A stretch of 64,000 bases of DNA from Arcobacteraceae bacterium (GTDB lineage: Bacteria; Campylobacterota; Campylobacteria; Campylobacterales; Arcobacteraceae): positions 1,408,001 through 1,472,000 of the forward strand of contig OY759974.1 of the NCBI GenBank assembly GCA_963662945.1, in the 5' to 3' direction. The stretch's first letter is position 1, and each line of letters begins with the position of its first letter. This document shows positions 43,783 through 54,295 of the stretch, one piece after another. The position numbers and the translations under genes were made by a program. The notes under the pieces are model-generated. The model was not told the origin of the DNA. It saw nothing but the letters and a program-made list of their open reading frames with translations, and searched no databases.

Positions 43783-46226
43783 TGGATAATATGATAAATG
43801 TAACTATTGATGGCAAGCAGTGTCAAGCAAAAGAGGGCGAATTTATATTAAATGTTGCAAGAGCAAATGGTATTTTTGTTCCTGCTATTTGTTATCAAAC
43901 AAAGTGTTCACCAACACTAGCTTGTCGATTGTGTTTAGTAGAAGCAGATGGAAAACAAGTATATGCATGTAATGCCAAAGCAAAAGATGGTATGCAAATC
44001 ACTGTAAATACTCCAAACATTGAAAAAGAAAGACGAGCTATTATGGAAGTTTACGATGTAAATCATCCATTACAATGTGGGGTTTGTGATCAAAGTGGGG
44101 AGTGTGAACTACAGAATTACTCTTTATATATGAAAGTTGATTCTCAAAACTATGCAGTTCAAGATGTAAATAGACCAGCATCAAACTGGGGAGTTATGAA
44201 ATATGACCCAGGACTTTGTATTGTATGTGAAAAGTGTGTAACTGTATGTAAAGATATGATAGGTTCGAATGCACTTGGAACTGTAAAAAGAGGTGCTGAA
44301 GCACTTGATAAAGAATACAAAGATAATATGCCAAAAGATGCTTATGCTATGTGGAATAAGCTTAATAAAAACCTGATTGGATTTGAAGAAGAAAAGTGTA
44401 TTGACTGTGGAGAGTGTATCGCAGTTTGTCCAGTTGGTGCATTAGTAAGTTCAGATTTCCAATATAAATCAAATGCATGGGAATTAACAAAAGTACCAGC
44501 ATCAAATCCTTATTCATCAGATTGTTCACTTATGTACTATGAAGTGAAGCATGATACGATTGAAAATAATACTGAGAAAAAAATCTATAGAGTAACAAAC
44601 GATGCACATTATGTGAGTTTAAGTGGGGCAGCAAGATTTGGATTTGATTATGTAAATAAATCAACTAAAGATGAAATTGCATTTAAAAATGCAGTTGAAG
44701 CTGTAAAGAACGCAGAATCAATTATATTTAATTCTTTTATTACAAATGAAGAAGCTCAAATACTTCAAAAAATCAAAGAACAAACAGGTGCAAAACTTAT
44801 CAATATAGATGCATTAAAATATAAAAACTTTTTAGAAGGATATTCATCGGTTACAGGGAAAAGTTTTTACAATGCTACATTAGAAGATGTTCATAATAGT
44901 AACTTTGTAATTTCTGTAGGATCATTTTTAAAATCAGATGCACCAGTTGTGAAATATGCTTTTAATAATGCACTTACTATGAACAAAGGAGCAGGATTAT
45001 ATTTCCATCCGATGGGAGATAATCATATAAAAGGATTTAGTAAAAATATAGAGACAATTGCCTCTAATCCATTAAGTGAAGAGGCAATTTTATATTTTAT
45101 ACTAGACAAATTTGGTAAAGATTTACCAAGTATCGTTTCAGAATACTTAACATCACAAAACGAAACAAGAACTAAAACAGTTGTAGAAACTGTAAAAGAA
45201 GAAGTTGTGGAAACTGTTACTGATGAAGAAACAGGAGAAACAAAAGAGGTTACTAAAATGGTACCTAAAAAAGTATCAACTGAAGTAGAATATGTGTATA
45301 GTAAACTACTTGATATTATTGGTGCTGATGCTACATTATTAGAAACATTAGAAACTATGCTTGATAAAAAAGATAGTTTTAGTTTAATTATTGGTGAAGA
45401 TTGTATCTCTCATCCAAATAGTGAGAATATTTCAAAATTAGCTGGAATGATAGAAAAATATACAGATTTTAAAGTATTAGTAGTACCAACACAAACAAAT
45501 ACTTTAGGGGTAAGTTTATTATGTGATTTGGATGTAATAGCTACTGGAAAAACTGTTGGATATAATATGAAAGCAGATTTCCAATTAAGTGCATTGGGTG
45601 ATGGTGATCTTGATATGCCAGTACTTTCTCAACAAGAGGGAACCTTTGTAAATATTAATAAAACAGTTGTACCAACAAATGCAGCAGTTGTTTATAGTGG
45701 ATATACTTTAAACGACATAGCAAATGAAATTTTAGGCAATAAAGTTCATAACACAATAGATTATACAGCAACTCTATTCAATAAAGTAGCTTTTGATTCT
45801 TTAGAAAATCATTATTCTAATGATAGAGTTGAACATAGAGGATATATTTTAGAGTCACAAACAGTTACAGTTTTAGATGAAAATGTAAAAAATGAGTTTA
45901 AAACAATAAAATGTGAAGAAAATGAGTATATTATTTACAGTGGAAATCCAATAAATCAATTTAATGAGTTTACAGCTGTATCAAATCAACTAAAAAATGA
46001 TATAGTTGCTTTATATTTATCAGAAAGCTTAAAAGAAAAACTACAATTAGAAGATGATAATAAAGTTGAAGTAATATCAAATGGAAATACAATTATACTT
46101 GATATAAGAGTGGACAAAGATTTAGTTGGTGAGATAGCTTATGTTCCAACATTTGATAAAAATATAGAAACGAAAAATTTATTTGATAACTGTAGATACA
46201 GTAAAGCAAATTTAAGAAGGGTGTAA
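43782..46226 (+). CDS. nuoG: NuoG-like Fe-S protein, copy 2 (N7 site degenerate)
   Basis: Same N1b/N5/N4 motifs, but SNPYSSDC...LSGAAR at the N7 position; directly precedes nuoH. Confidence 0.9.
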   Translation: MDNMINVTIDGKQCQAKEGEFILNVARANGIFVPAICYQTKCSPTLACRLCLVEADGKQVYACNAKAKDGMQITVNTPNIEKERRAIMEVYDVNHPLQCGVCDQSGECELQNYSLYMKVDSQNYAVQDVNRPASNWGVMKYDPGLCIVCEKCVTVCKDMIGSNALGTVKRGAEALDKEYKDNMPKDAYAMWNKLNKNLIGFEEEKCIDCGECIAVCPVGALVSSDFQYKSNAWELTKVPASNPYSSDCSLMYYEVKHDTIENNTEKKIYRVTNDAHYVSLSGAARFGFDYVNKSTKDEIAFKNAVEAVKNAESIIFNSFITNEEAQILQKIKEQTGAKLINIDALKYKNFLEGYSSVTGKSFYNATLEDVHNSNFVISVGSFLKSDAPVVKYAFNNALTMNKGAGLYFHPMGDNHIKGFSKNIETIASNPLSEEAILYFILDKFGKDLPSIVSEYLTSQNETRTKTVVETVKEEVVETVTDEETGETKEVTKMVPKKVSTEVEYVYSKLLDIIGADATLLETLETMLDKKDSFSLIIGEDCISHPNSENISKLAGMIEKYTDFKVLVVPTQTNTLGVSLLCDLDVIATGKTVGYNMKADFQLSALGDGDLDMPVLSQQEGTFVNINKTVVPTNAAVVYSGYTLNDIANEILGNKVHNTIDYTATLFNKVAFDSLENHYSNDRVEHRGYILESQTVTVLDENVKNEFKTIKCEENEYIIYSGNPINQFNEFTAVSNQLKNDIVALYLSESLKEKLQLEDDNKVEVISNGNTIILDIRVDKDLVGEIAYVPTFDKNIETKNLFDNCRYSKANLRRV

Positions 46227-46229
46227 GAG

Positions 46230-47189
46230 ATGGATAATGATATTATAATGACGATTGTCAAAGTATTAGTTATTTTGCTTGTGTTTTCAGCATTAGCTGG
46301 ATTTACTACATATATAGAGAGAAAAGTTTTAGCATTTATGCAAAGAAGACCAGGTCCACTGCACGTTGGACCTTATGGAGTATTACAAATTTTAGCAGAT
46401 GGTGCTAAACTTTTTACAAAAGAAGACTTCATCCCACAAAATGCTAATAGACTGATATTTATGGTAGCACCAGTTATAACTGCTGCTACTGCATTTATTG
46501 CGATGACAGCAGTTCCATTTGTACCAGGTGTGATTGTATCTGATATTAATGTTGGTGTATTATTTGTATTAGGTGTTATGGCAACAGGACTTTATGGTCC
46601 ACTTCTTGGTGGTATGTCACAAGCAAATAAATGGGGACTTCTTGGAGGTGCGAGAACTGCAATTCAACTTTTATCTTATGAAGTTGTTACAGGTTTATCA
46701 ATCTTGGCACCATTAATGTTAGTTGGGAGTTTATCATTAATTGATATTAACAACTATCAAGCTGGAGGAGTTTCAAATTGGTTAATCTGGACACAACCAG
46801 TAGCATTTTTCTTATTTTTAATTGCTGGATATGCTGAAACAAACAGAACACCATTTGACCTTTTAGAGCATGAAGCTGAGGTTGTTGCTGGATATGCTAC
46901 AGAGTATTCGGGTATGAGATGGGGTATGTTCTTTATTGGAGAGTATGCAAACCTATTTACTGTTTCATTTTTAACAGCATTAATGTTCTTGGGTGGATTT
47001 AATGATTTATGGTTTATTCCAGGTGCTATTGCTATTTTACTTAAAGTAATGTTTTTAATATTTTTATTTTTATGGACAAGAGCATCTTGGCCACATGTAA
47101 GACCAGATCAACTTATGTGGTTATGTTGGAAAATATTAATGCCATTAGCATTATTTAATATTTTAGTTACAGCTATTGTAGTTATATAG
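46230..47189 (+). CDS. nuoH: Complex I subunit H
   Basis: ERKVLAFMQRRPGP, AETNRTPFDL, EYSG, RPDQLM. Confidence 0.97.
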   Translation: MDNDIIMTIVKVLVILLVFSALAGFTTYIERKVLAFMQRRPGPLHVGPYGVLQILADGAKLFTKEDFIPQNANRLIFMVAPVITAATAFIAMTAVPFVPGVIVSDINVGVLFVLGVMATGLYGPLLGGMSQANKWGLLGGARTAIQLLSYEVVTGLSILAPLMLVGSLSLIDINNYQAGGVSNWLIWTQPVAFFLFLIAGYAETNRTPFDLLEHEAEVVAGYATEYSGMRWGMFFIGEYANLFTVSFLTALMFLGGFNDLWFIPGAIAILLKVMFLIFLFLWTRASWPHVRPDQLMWLCWKILMPLALFNILVTAIVVI

Positions 47190-47203
47190 TAAGGGTTTTA
47201 ATT

Positions 47204-47827
47204 ATGAGTTTTAAAGAATTAAAAGATAGAAATGTGGGAAGCCAAAACTATGTGATGATGGATATTGAAGATTATCCAACATCTGGTTGGGATAAGTTCA
47301 AACAAATTATGGATAGAGGATTAAGCGTTGAATTATTTAAAGGGTTAGGGATAACTTTTAAAATAATGAAAGATGTGCTGTTCAATGGACAATCACACAA
47401 TACACAATATCCTATAGAAAAATTACCTATAAGTCCAAGATATAGAGCTGTTCATAAGCTTTTAGGATTATTAGAAAGTGGAAACAATAGATGTATTGGT
47501 TGTGGGCTTTGTGAAAAAATATGTATTGCAAAATGCATAAGAATGGATACAAAAATTGATGAAAATTCAAGAAAAGAAGTTATGGAATACACTATTAACT
47601 TAGGAAGATGTATTTTCTGTGGTTATTGTGCTGAAGTATGTCCAGAACTTGCTATTGTACATGGTGATAGATATGAGAATGCTAGTGAACAAAGAGAACA
47701 TTTTGTATTAAAAGACGATCTTCTTACTCCGTTTGCTGAACTTCAAAATCAACTTGAATATCAAGGATTTGGTGCAATTTCACCAGATGCTGATAAAAAA
47801 ATTAAAAAAACGCCATTGGCTTATTAA
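47204..47827 (+). CDS. nuoI: Complex I subunit I
   Basis: CIGCGLCEKIC and CIFCGYCAEVCP 2x[4Fe-4S] motifs. Confidence 0.97.
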   Translation: MSFKELKDRNVGSQNYVMMDIEDYPTSGWDKFKQIMDRGLSVELFKGLGITFKIMKDVLFNGQSHNTQYPIEKLPISPRYRAVHKLLGLLESGNNRCIGCGLCEKICIAKCIRMDTKIDENSRKEVMEYTINLGRCIFCGYCAEVCPELAIVHGDRYENASEQREHFVLKDDLLTPFAELQNQLEYQGFGAISPDADKKIKKTPLAY

Positions 47828-47838
47828 AGGATTAAGAT

Positions 47839-48417
47839 ATGTTTGAAGTAGTAGCTTTTTATCTGTTTGCTTTTTTAACAATAGCAATGTTTAGTATTGT
47901 AGTGATTACAAAAAATCCACTATATGCTTTAAGTTCACTGGCAGCTGGGATGATATTTATATCAGCATTTTTCTTCCTTTTAGGAGCTGAATTTTTAGGT
48001 GCAGTACAAATTGTTGTATATACAGGGGCTGTAATGGCTTTATATGCATTTGGTATGATGTTTTTTGATTCAATAAATGATGTAAAAGAATCAGTAGCAA
48101 ATCCAAGAGTAACATTTATGATGACAGGAATTATTGCATTATTAGTAGTAGCAATATTTATGGCTCCAATTATTGGTGCAAATGCAACAGCACATTATCC
48201 AATACATGAAGCATATGGAAATACACAAGATATCGGTTTAGTATTATTTACAAAATACCTTGTTCCTTTTGAAGTAGCTGCAGTTATGTTACTTGTAGCT
48301 ATGATAGGTGGAATTATACTTGCTGGTAAAAAAATGGATATTTCAATTACTCAATTAACAGAGCAAGAGATTGATAACCATAAAACAGATACAGAGATAG
48401 CAAAGGATATTAAATGA
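47839..48417 (+). CDS. nuoJ: Complex I subunit J
   Basis: AEFLGAVQIVVYTGA, YLVPFE. Confidence 0.96.
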   Translation: MFEVVAFYLFAFLTIAMFSIVVITKNPLYALSSLAAGMIFISAFFFLLGAEFLGAVQIVVYTGAVMALYAFGMMFFDSINDVKESVANPRVTFMMTGIIALLVVAIFMAPIIGANATAHYPIHEAYGNTQDIGLVLFTKYLVPFEVAAVMLLVAMIGGIILAGKKMDISITQLTEQEIDNHKTDTEIAKDIK

Positions 48418-48719
48418 GTGTAACATTAAATGATTATTTAATACTAAGTACAATTATCTTTATGATAGGTATGTATGGAGCATTAAGAAGAAAAAATTTA
48501 CTGATGTTATTTTTCTCAACAGAGATTATGTTAAATGCAGTAAATATTGGAATGGCTGCAATTTCTAAATTTCATGGAGATTTAACTGGTCAAATGTTTG
48601 CATTTTTTATTATTGCAATTGCGGCAAGTGAAGTAGCAATAGGTCTAGGTCTTTTAGTATTGTGGTTTAAACGAAACAATAATATTAACTTAGATTCATT
48701 ACAAAGTATGAAGGGATAG
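48414..48719 (+). CDS. nuoK: Complex I subunit K
   Basis: RRKNLL, EIMLNA, AASEVAIGL. Confidence 0.96.
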   Translation: MSVTLNDYLILSTIIFMIGMYGALRRKNLLMLFFSTEIMLNAVNIGMAAISKFHGDLTGQMFAFFIIAIAASEVAIGLGLLVLWFKRNNNINLDSLQSMKG

Positions 48720-48723
48720 AGGT

Positions 48724-50655
48724 ATGGAGAGTTATTTATATATTGCACTTTTTGCTCCACTTGTTGGATCATTATTTGCAGCACTATTTGGTAATAGTCC
48801 AAAGAAATTGTTTGTAGGTGTTATCACTTCTGCACTTTTAGCAGTTTCATTAATAGCATCAATTAGTTTATTGATGCATGTTTATCTAACAGAATCAATT
48901 GTTCATGTGAAAATGTTAGATTGGATTGTTATAGGTAATGTTGATATTCCTTTTGGATTTGTTGTTGATCAAGTAAGTGTTGTTATGATGGTAGTTGTTA
49001 CAATCGTTTCAACAATGGTACATATTCATTCAATAGGATATATGGATCACGATAAAAGTTTTAATAGATTTTTTGCTTGGTTATCAGCGTTTGTATTCTC
49101 AATGATGATTCTTGTTATGTCTGATAACTTTGCTGGATTATTTATAGGTTGGGAAGGAGTTGGTCTTTGTTCTTGGGGACTAATTGGATTTTGGTATCAT
49201 AAAGAAGATATTAAAAGAAGTAAAAATATTGAAGAATCACCATATTCTACATTATCACCATACTCTTCAAAATCTCCATCATGGGCGGCAAATGAAGCAT
49301 TTATTATGAATAGAGTTGCTGACCTTGGTATGTTGATTGGATTGTTCTTAATTTTTTGGAATATTGGTTCTTTACAATATAATGTTGTATTTTCACAAAT
49401 TGGAACACTTGATCATGGTTTAATAGTAGCAATTGGAGCTTTTCTTTTTATAGGTGCTATGGGTAAATCAGCACAGTTTCCATTTAATACATGGCTTGCA
49501 AATGCTATGGAAGGTCCAACACCAGTTTCAGCACTTATTCACGCTGCAACAATGGTAACAGCAGGGGTATATTTAGTAATTAGAGCAAATGAGATATTCA
49601 CAGTTATTCCTGAAGTTGGATATTTTATAGCTAGTCTAGGTGCATTTGTAGCAATTGGTGCAGCATTAATGGCATTAGTTGCAACTAATATGAAGAAAAT
49701 TATTGCATTCTCAACATTATCACAACTTGGATATATGTTTGTTGCAGCTGGTCTTGGTGCATACTGGGTAGCATTATTCCACCTTGCAACTCATGCATTC
49801 TTTAAATCTGTATTATTCTTAGGTGCAGGTAATGTTATGCATGCAACAAATGATGAGATTAATATTAAAAAAATGGGTGGTTTAGCTAAACATATGCCAC
49901 AAACAGCATTAATTATGACAATAGCTTCAGTAGCACTTGCAGGTATTTTCCCATTAGCAGGTTTCTTCTCAAAAGATTTAATTTTAGAAGTTGCTTATGG
50001 AAGTCATGCATATGTTTTATGGACAGTATTATGGATAACAGCAGGTTTAACAGCCTTTTATTCATTTAGACTTGTAATGTATGTATTTCATGGAAAAGAA
50101 AATTATGATCATGCAAAAGTACATCCACATGAAACATATCCATTTGTAATTGCTGCTATGTCACCGTTAGCAATCTTAGCAATTTGTGCAGGATGGTTTG
50201 AACATCAATTTGTAGAGATGGTAACTAAAGTATTACCACCACTTGATATTCATGTGAATCCAACAGTATTTTATTCACTAATTGCAGTAACAACTGCTAT
50301 TGCATTAGGTGGTATTATATTTGCTGTAGTGAAATTTAAAAAAGATGGTACATATTACAGTGAAAAAATGAAAAATAGATTTTGTTATAAAGTATTAGCA
50401 AATCAATATTATTTACCACATTTTTGGGAAGCAGCAGTAAGTAAACCTTATACAAAATTATCTGAATTTAGTTGGAAAGAGATTGATTTAAAAATTATTG
50501 ATACTATTGTAGATGGTATTGCAAAAGGTATTTATGGTGGTGGAGAAGCTGGAACTTCTATGCAATCAGGTAACTTATCAAAAGCTTTAAAATGGATGGG
50601 AATAGGTATATTTATTCTTATCATATTAGTTGTAGTTTTTGGCAATTTGAAGTAA
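48724..50655 (+). CDS. nuoL: Complex I subunit L
   Basis: GWEGVGLCS, GKSAQFP, AMEGPTPVSALIHAATMV, STLSQLG, HAFFK. Confidence 0.97.
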   Translation: MESYLYIALFAPLVGSLFAALFGNSPKKLFVGVITSALLAVSLIASISLLMHVYLTESIVHVKMLDWIVIGNVDIPFGFVVDQVSVVMMVVVTIVSTMVHIHSIGYMDHDKSFNRFFAWLSAFVFSMMILVMSDNFAGLFIGWEGVGLCSWGLIGFWYHKEDIKRSKNIEESPYSTLSPYSSKSPSWAANEAFIMNRVADLGMLIGLFLIFWNIGSLQYNVVFSQIGTLDHGLIVAIGAFLFIGAMGKSAQFPFNTWLANAMEGPTPVSALIHAATMVTAGVYLVIRANEIFTVIPEVGYFIASLGAFVAIGAALMALVATNMKKIIAFSTLSQLGYMFVAAGLGAYWVALFHLATHAFFKSVLFLGAGNVMHATNDEINIKKMGGLAKHMPQTALIMTIASVALAGIFPLAGFFSKDLILEVAYGSHAYVLWTVLWITAGLTAFYSFRLVMYVFHGKENYDHAKVHPHETYPFVIAAMSPLAILAICAGWFEHQFVEMVTKVLPPLDIHVNPTVFYSLIAVTTAIALGGIIFAVVKFKKDGTYYSEKMKNRFCYKVLANQYYLPHFWEAAVSKPYTKLSEFSWKEIDLKIIDTIVDGIAKGIYGGGEAGTSMQSGNLSKALKWMGIGIFILIILVVVFGNLK

Positions 50656-50668
50656 GGAAGGAAGGTAA

Positions 50669-52195
50669 ATGGAACACATTTTATCAATTTTAATATTTTT
50701 CCCAGCATTTGCAGCTGTTATGGGGTTTATGGTACATAAAGATGCAATAAGAACTTATGGGATTACAGTTACAGCAATTGAGTTTCTACTTTCTTGCTTT
50801 TTGTGGGCTAGTTTTGATTCTAACTATGCAGGTATGCAGTTTAGTGAATTTATACCAGTAATTTCACAATATGGTATTGCATATAATTTAGGTGTAGATG
50901 GCATTTCATTATTTTTAATTTTAATGACAACATTTATGACTATGATTTCTATTATTGGATTAACAGAAAAAAGAGATTTAAAAAATCTTATTTTAACAGT
51001 GTTATTTTTAGAAATGACAATGGTAGGAGTGTTTGTTGCACTTGATGCAATTATATTTTATGTATTTTGGGAACTATCACTAATCCCTATGTTATATATT
51101 GTTGGTGCATGGGGAGGAAAACTTCGAATTTATGCATCAATCAAATTTTTCTTATATACATTTACAGGTTCATTAGTAATGCTTGTTGGTATGTTATATT
51201 TAGGATATGTATATTTTCAAACAACAGGAAACTGGAGTTTTAGTATCTTAGACTGGAATATGATGATGCTTCCAATAGATATGCAGATGTGGTTATTTGT
51301 TGCATTTTTCCTAGGATTTGCTATTAAAGTACCAATGGTGCCATTTCATACATGGCTTCCTTATGCACATGGTCAAGCACCAACAATAGGTTCTGTAATT
51401 CTTGCAGCAATTTTACTAAAAATGGGAACATATGGATTTATTAGATTCTCATTACCTTTATTTCCAGATGCAAGTGTTGCTATGATGATACCTATGGCAA
51501 TTTTAGCAATAGTTGCTATTGTTTATACAGCACTTGTTGCTTATGCTCAAGAAGATATAAAACAAGTGATTGCATACTCATCAGTATCACACATGGGTGT
51601 AATTATACTTGGTATTTTTGCATTAAATGTTGAAGGTATTGGAGGGTCAATATTTTTAATGATATCTCATGGTATTGTTTCTGGTGCACTGTTCATGTTA
51701 GTAGGTGTAATTTATGATAGAAGACATACTAAAATGATGAATGAGTTTGGTGGTTTAGCGAAAGTAATGCCTATGTATGCAACAATATTTGGAATTATGC
51801 TTATGGCATCAGTTGGATTACCACTTACAATTGGTTTTGTTGGTGAGTTCCTAAGTTTACTTGGATTTTTTGCTGTATCACCAGTTTTAACAGGAATTGC
51901 AGGAACAACAATAATTTTAGGTGCAGTTTATATGTTAGTACTTTACAAAAAAACATTTTTTGGACCAATTACAAATCCAATTAATGAAAAACTACAAGAT
52001 ATAAAAGGTAGAGAGGTCGCAGCACTTGTACCACTAGTAATGTTAGTAGTATATTTAGGTGTATATCCAAAACCTATCTTAGAACCTGTTGATAAATCAG
52101 TAAAACAACTTGTTCAGGTTATGTATCTTAAATCTGTTACACCAGAGGCAAAAGCTAAAATTGCAACAGTAAATACAATAGGGGAGACAAAATAA
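50669..52195 (+). CDS. nuoM: Complex I subunit M
   Basis: [39 protein letters not shown]. Confidence 0.97.
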   Translation: MEHILSILIFFPAFAAVMGFMVHKDAIRTYGITVTAIEFLLSCFLWASFDSNYAGMQFSEFIPVISQYGIAYNLGVDGISLFLILMTTFMTMISIIGLTEKRDLKNLILTVLFLEMTMVGVFVALDAIIFYVFWELSLIPMLYIVGAWGGKLRIYASIKFFLYTFTGSLVMLVGMLYLGYVYFQTTGNWSFSILDWNMMMLPIDMQMWLFVAFFLGFAIKVPMVPFHTWLPYAHGQAPTIGSVILAAILLKMGTYGFIRFSLPLFPDASVAMMIPMAILAIVAIVYTALVAYAQEDIKQVIAYSSVSHMGVIILGIFALNVEGIGGSIFLMISHGIVSGALFMLVGVIYDRRHTKMMNEFGGLAKVMPMYATIFGIMLMASVGLPLTIGFVGEFLSLLGFFAVSPVLTGIAGTTIILGAVYMLVLYKKTFFGPITNPINEKLQDIKGREVAALVPLVMLVVYLGVYPKPILEPVDKSVKQLVQVMYLKSVTPEAKAKIATVNTIGETK

Positions 52196-53679
52196 TGATT
52201 GAGCCAATTTCAATAGATTTTGAAGCATTAAATCTACCATCATTAGTACCAATGCTTGTTGCGATTGTTGGTGCGTTAGTTATATTATGTATAGATTTAA
52301 TGACAAAAAACTTACATAAATCATTATATGTTATGTTAAGTATATTAGTTATCTTAATAGATTTAGGTACACTAATTGGGTATAGTGGAGCTACTAGAGG
52401 TTTCTTTGATGTAATGTTAATGGATGGCATATCTATCCTTTCACAAATTATTATATTAGTAGCTTCTGGTTTATTTATAATTTTAGCTTTATCTCAACAA
52501 AGATTCCATGAGTATAGATATCCAGAGTATTTTGCATTATTTTTATTTATGGTAGCTGGTTTCCAATTTATGGTTGCATCAGATAACTTGATATTAATTT
52601 TTGTTGGACTTGAAACAGCATCTATGGCACTTTATACTCTTATTGCAATGCATAATAGAGATAAATCGACAGAAGCTGCTATTAAATACTTTACAATGGG
52701 TGCATTAGCAGCAGGTTTCTTTGCTTTTGGTTCTATGATATTCTATGGTTTAACAGGAAGTGTGGAATTAGGACAAATATCAGCTTCTTTAGTTGCATCT
52801 GATTTTGCAAATTATCCAATAGTATTATTAGGAGTTGTATTTATTATAGGTGGACTTGGATTTAAACTTTCTTTAGTTCCATTTCACACATGGGCTCCTG
52901 ATGTTTATGAAGGAAGTAGTTCTGCACTTGCAGGATATATGTCAATTGTACCTAAAATTGCAGCATTTGTAGTTGCATTAAGATTTTTTGAAATCTTTGT
53001 AAGTGTAGATAATGCATGGATTGAGATGGTATTATATATTATTGTTGTTACAACAATGACATTACCAAATATGATTGCATTAGTACAAACAGACGTTAAA
53101 AGAATGTTAGCATATTCATCAGTATCTCATGCTGGTTTTGTTATGGGCGCTATTTTAGTTGGTACAACTCAGGCTACAGAAGGTTTATTTTTATACTGGA
53201 TATTATTTACATTTACTAACTTAGGTGCATTTGCAATGTTATGGGTAAATAGAACAAAAAATGATCATGGATTTCAAAGTGATCATCCTTTTGAAAAATT
53301 CTCTGGACTTATTAAAATAGCTCCAGTACCTGCTACTATAATGGGATTATTTCTATTAAGTTTAGCAGGAATACCTCCTTTTAGTTTATTCTGGGGAAAA
53401 ATGTACTTAATTGGCGCAACAGTAAATGGTGGATATATTATACTTGCATTAATTATGGCTTTAAACTCAGCAATTGCAGCATATTATTATTTAAAATTAA
53501 TCGTATATATGTTCCTAAAAGATGCAAAAGAAGATGATAGAATAGAATTTATGGGTAATGCAAATAAACCTTTAAAAACTGTAATAGGGGTATCTGCAAT
53601 TATCACTATAACATCAATAATATATATAGACCCGCTTTTAGATATGATTTCAACTTATGTTCAAATGAGCGGATTCTAA
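52195..53679 (+). CDS. nuoN: Complex I subunit N
   Basis: [40 protein letters not shown]. Confidence 0.97.
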   Translation: MIEPISIDFEALNLPSLVPMLVAIVGALVILCIDLMTKNLHKSLYVMLSILVILIDLGTLIGYSGATRGFFDVMLMDGISILSQIIILVASGLFIILALSQQRFHEYRYPEYFALFLFMVAGFQFMVASDNLILIFVGLETASMALYTLIAMHNRDKSTEAAIKYFTMGALAAGFFAFGSMIFYGLTGSVELGQISASLVASDFANYPIVLLGVVFIIGGLGFKLSLVPFHTWAPDVYEGSSSALAGYMSIVPKIAAFVVALRFFEIFVSVDNAWIEMVLYIIVVTTMTLPNMIALVQTDVKRMLAYSSVSHAGFVMGAILVGTTQATEGLFLYWILFTFTNLGAFAMLWVNRTKNDHGFQSDHPFEKFSGLIKIAPVPATIMGLFLLSLAGIPPFSLFWGKMYLIGATVNGGYIILALIMALNSAIAAYYYLKLIVYMFLKDAKEDDRIEFMGNANKPLKTVIGVSAIITITSIIYIDPLLDMISTYVQMSGF

Positions 53680-53688
53680 AACACTATA

Positions 53689-53713
53689 GAACTAGTAGCT
53701 ATACTACTAGTTC
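53689..53713 (+). terminator. Stem-loop downstream of nuoN (probable operon terminator)
   Basis: GAACTAGTAG-CTATA-CTACTAGTTC perfect 10-bp inverted repeat 10 nt after the stop; U-tract weak. Confidence 0.6.
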
Positions 53714-53799
53714 GACTTAAACTACTCTTAATATAAATTTCATTACAATTGCGTCTCTACTTTATAAGGTAAGCATTGAGAATATATAAGTATTTTGAC

Positions 53800-53903
53800 T
53801 GCTTCTCTTAGACCTTTACAATTAACTTTAAAGGCAACTCCCCAGGGTAGGAATACAGCAAGGAACCTTTATCTTTGGTGTGTTTAGGTATCTGGGAGGA
53901 GTA
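53800..53903 (+). ncRNA. ffs: Signal recognition particle (4.5S) RNA
   Basis: Helix-8 signature CAGG-GTA-GGAA-TAC-AGCA at 53843-53860 inside a long hairpin whose ends TGCTTCTCTTAGACCT and AGGTATCTGGGAGGAGTA pair; TACAAT -10 at 53744-53749. Confidence 0.88.
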
Positions 53904-53979
53904 CTTTTCTTATATAAAAAAAATCATAAAACTTATTAAAATAAATAACAGTAGAAAGAATTTTTACTGCATAAAAGAT

Positions 53980-54141
53980 TTACTTATTAACAGCTTTTTT
54001 AAGACTATCTAATGCATCACTTGTCGCTTCTTTAGTTGAATCCATAGCTTTGTCAAGTTTATCACCTGCTGTTTCTTCACCACAGCCTGCTAAAGTAATG
54101 AGAACAAAAAAAGTTCCTAACAGTAATAATGTTTTTTTCAT
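53980..54141 (-). CDS. Small lipoprotein (53 aa)
   Basis: AAGGA RBS, MKKTLLLLG signal, lipobox LAGC, short amphipathic helix; the longer 54219 start is unlikely. Confidence 0.85.
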   Translation of the reverse strand: MKKTLLLLGTFFVLITLAGCGEETAGDKLDKAMDSTKEATSDALDSLKKAVNK

Positions 54142-54295
54142 GTATATATCCTTATTTAAATGTGATATATTGTACCAAAATAAATTAATTTTATAGTAAA
54201 TATAAAACAAAAAATACAATCCAATAAATTTTAAATAAACTAATATATTTATAAAACTATTGCTACAATTATATTATATAAAGTGAGGATTAGAT

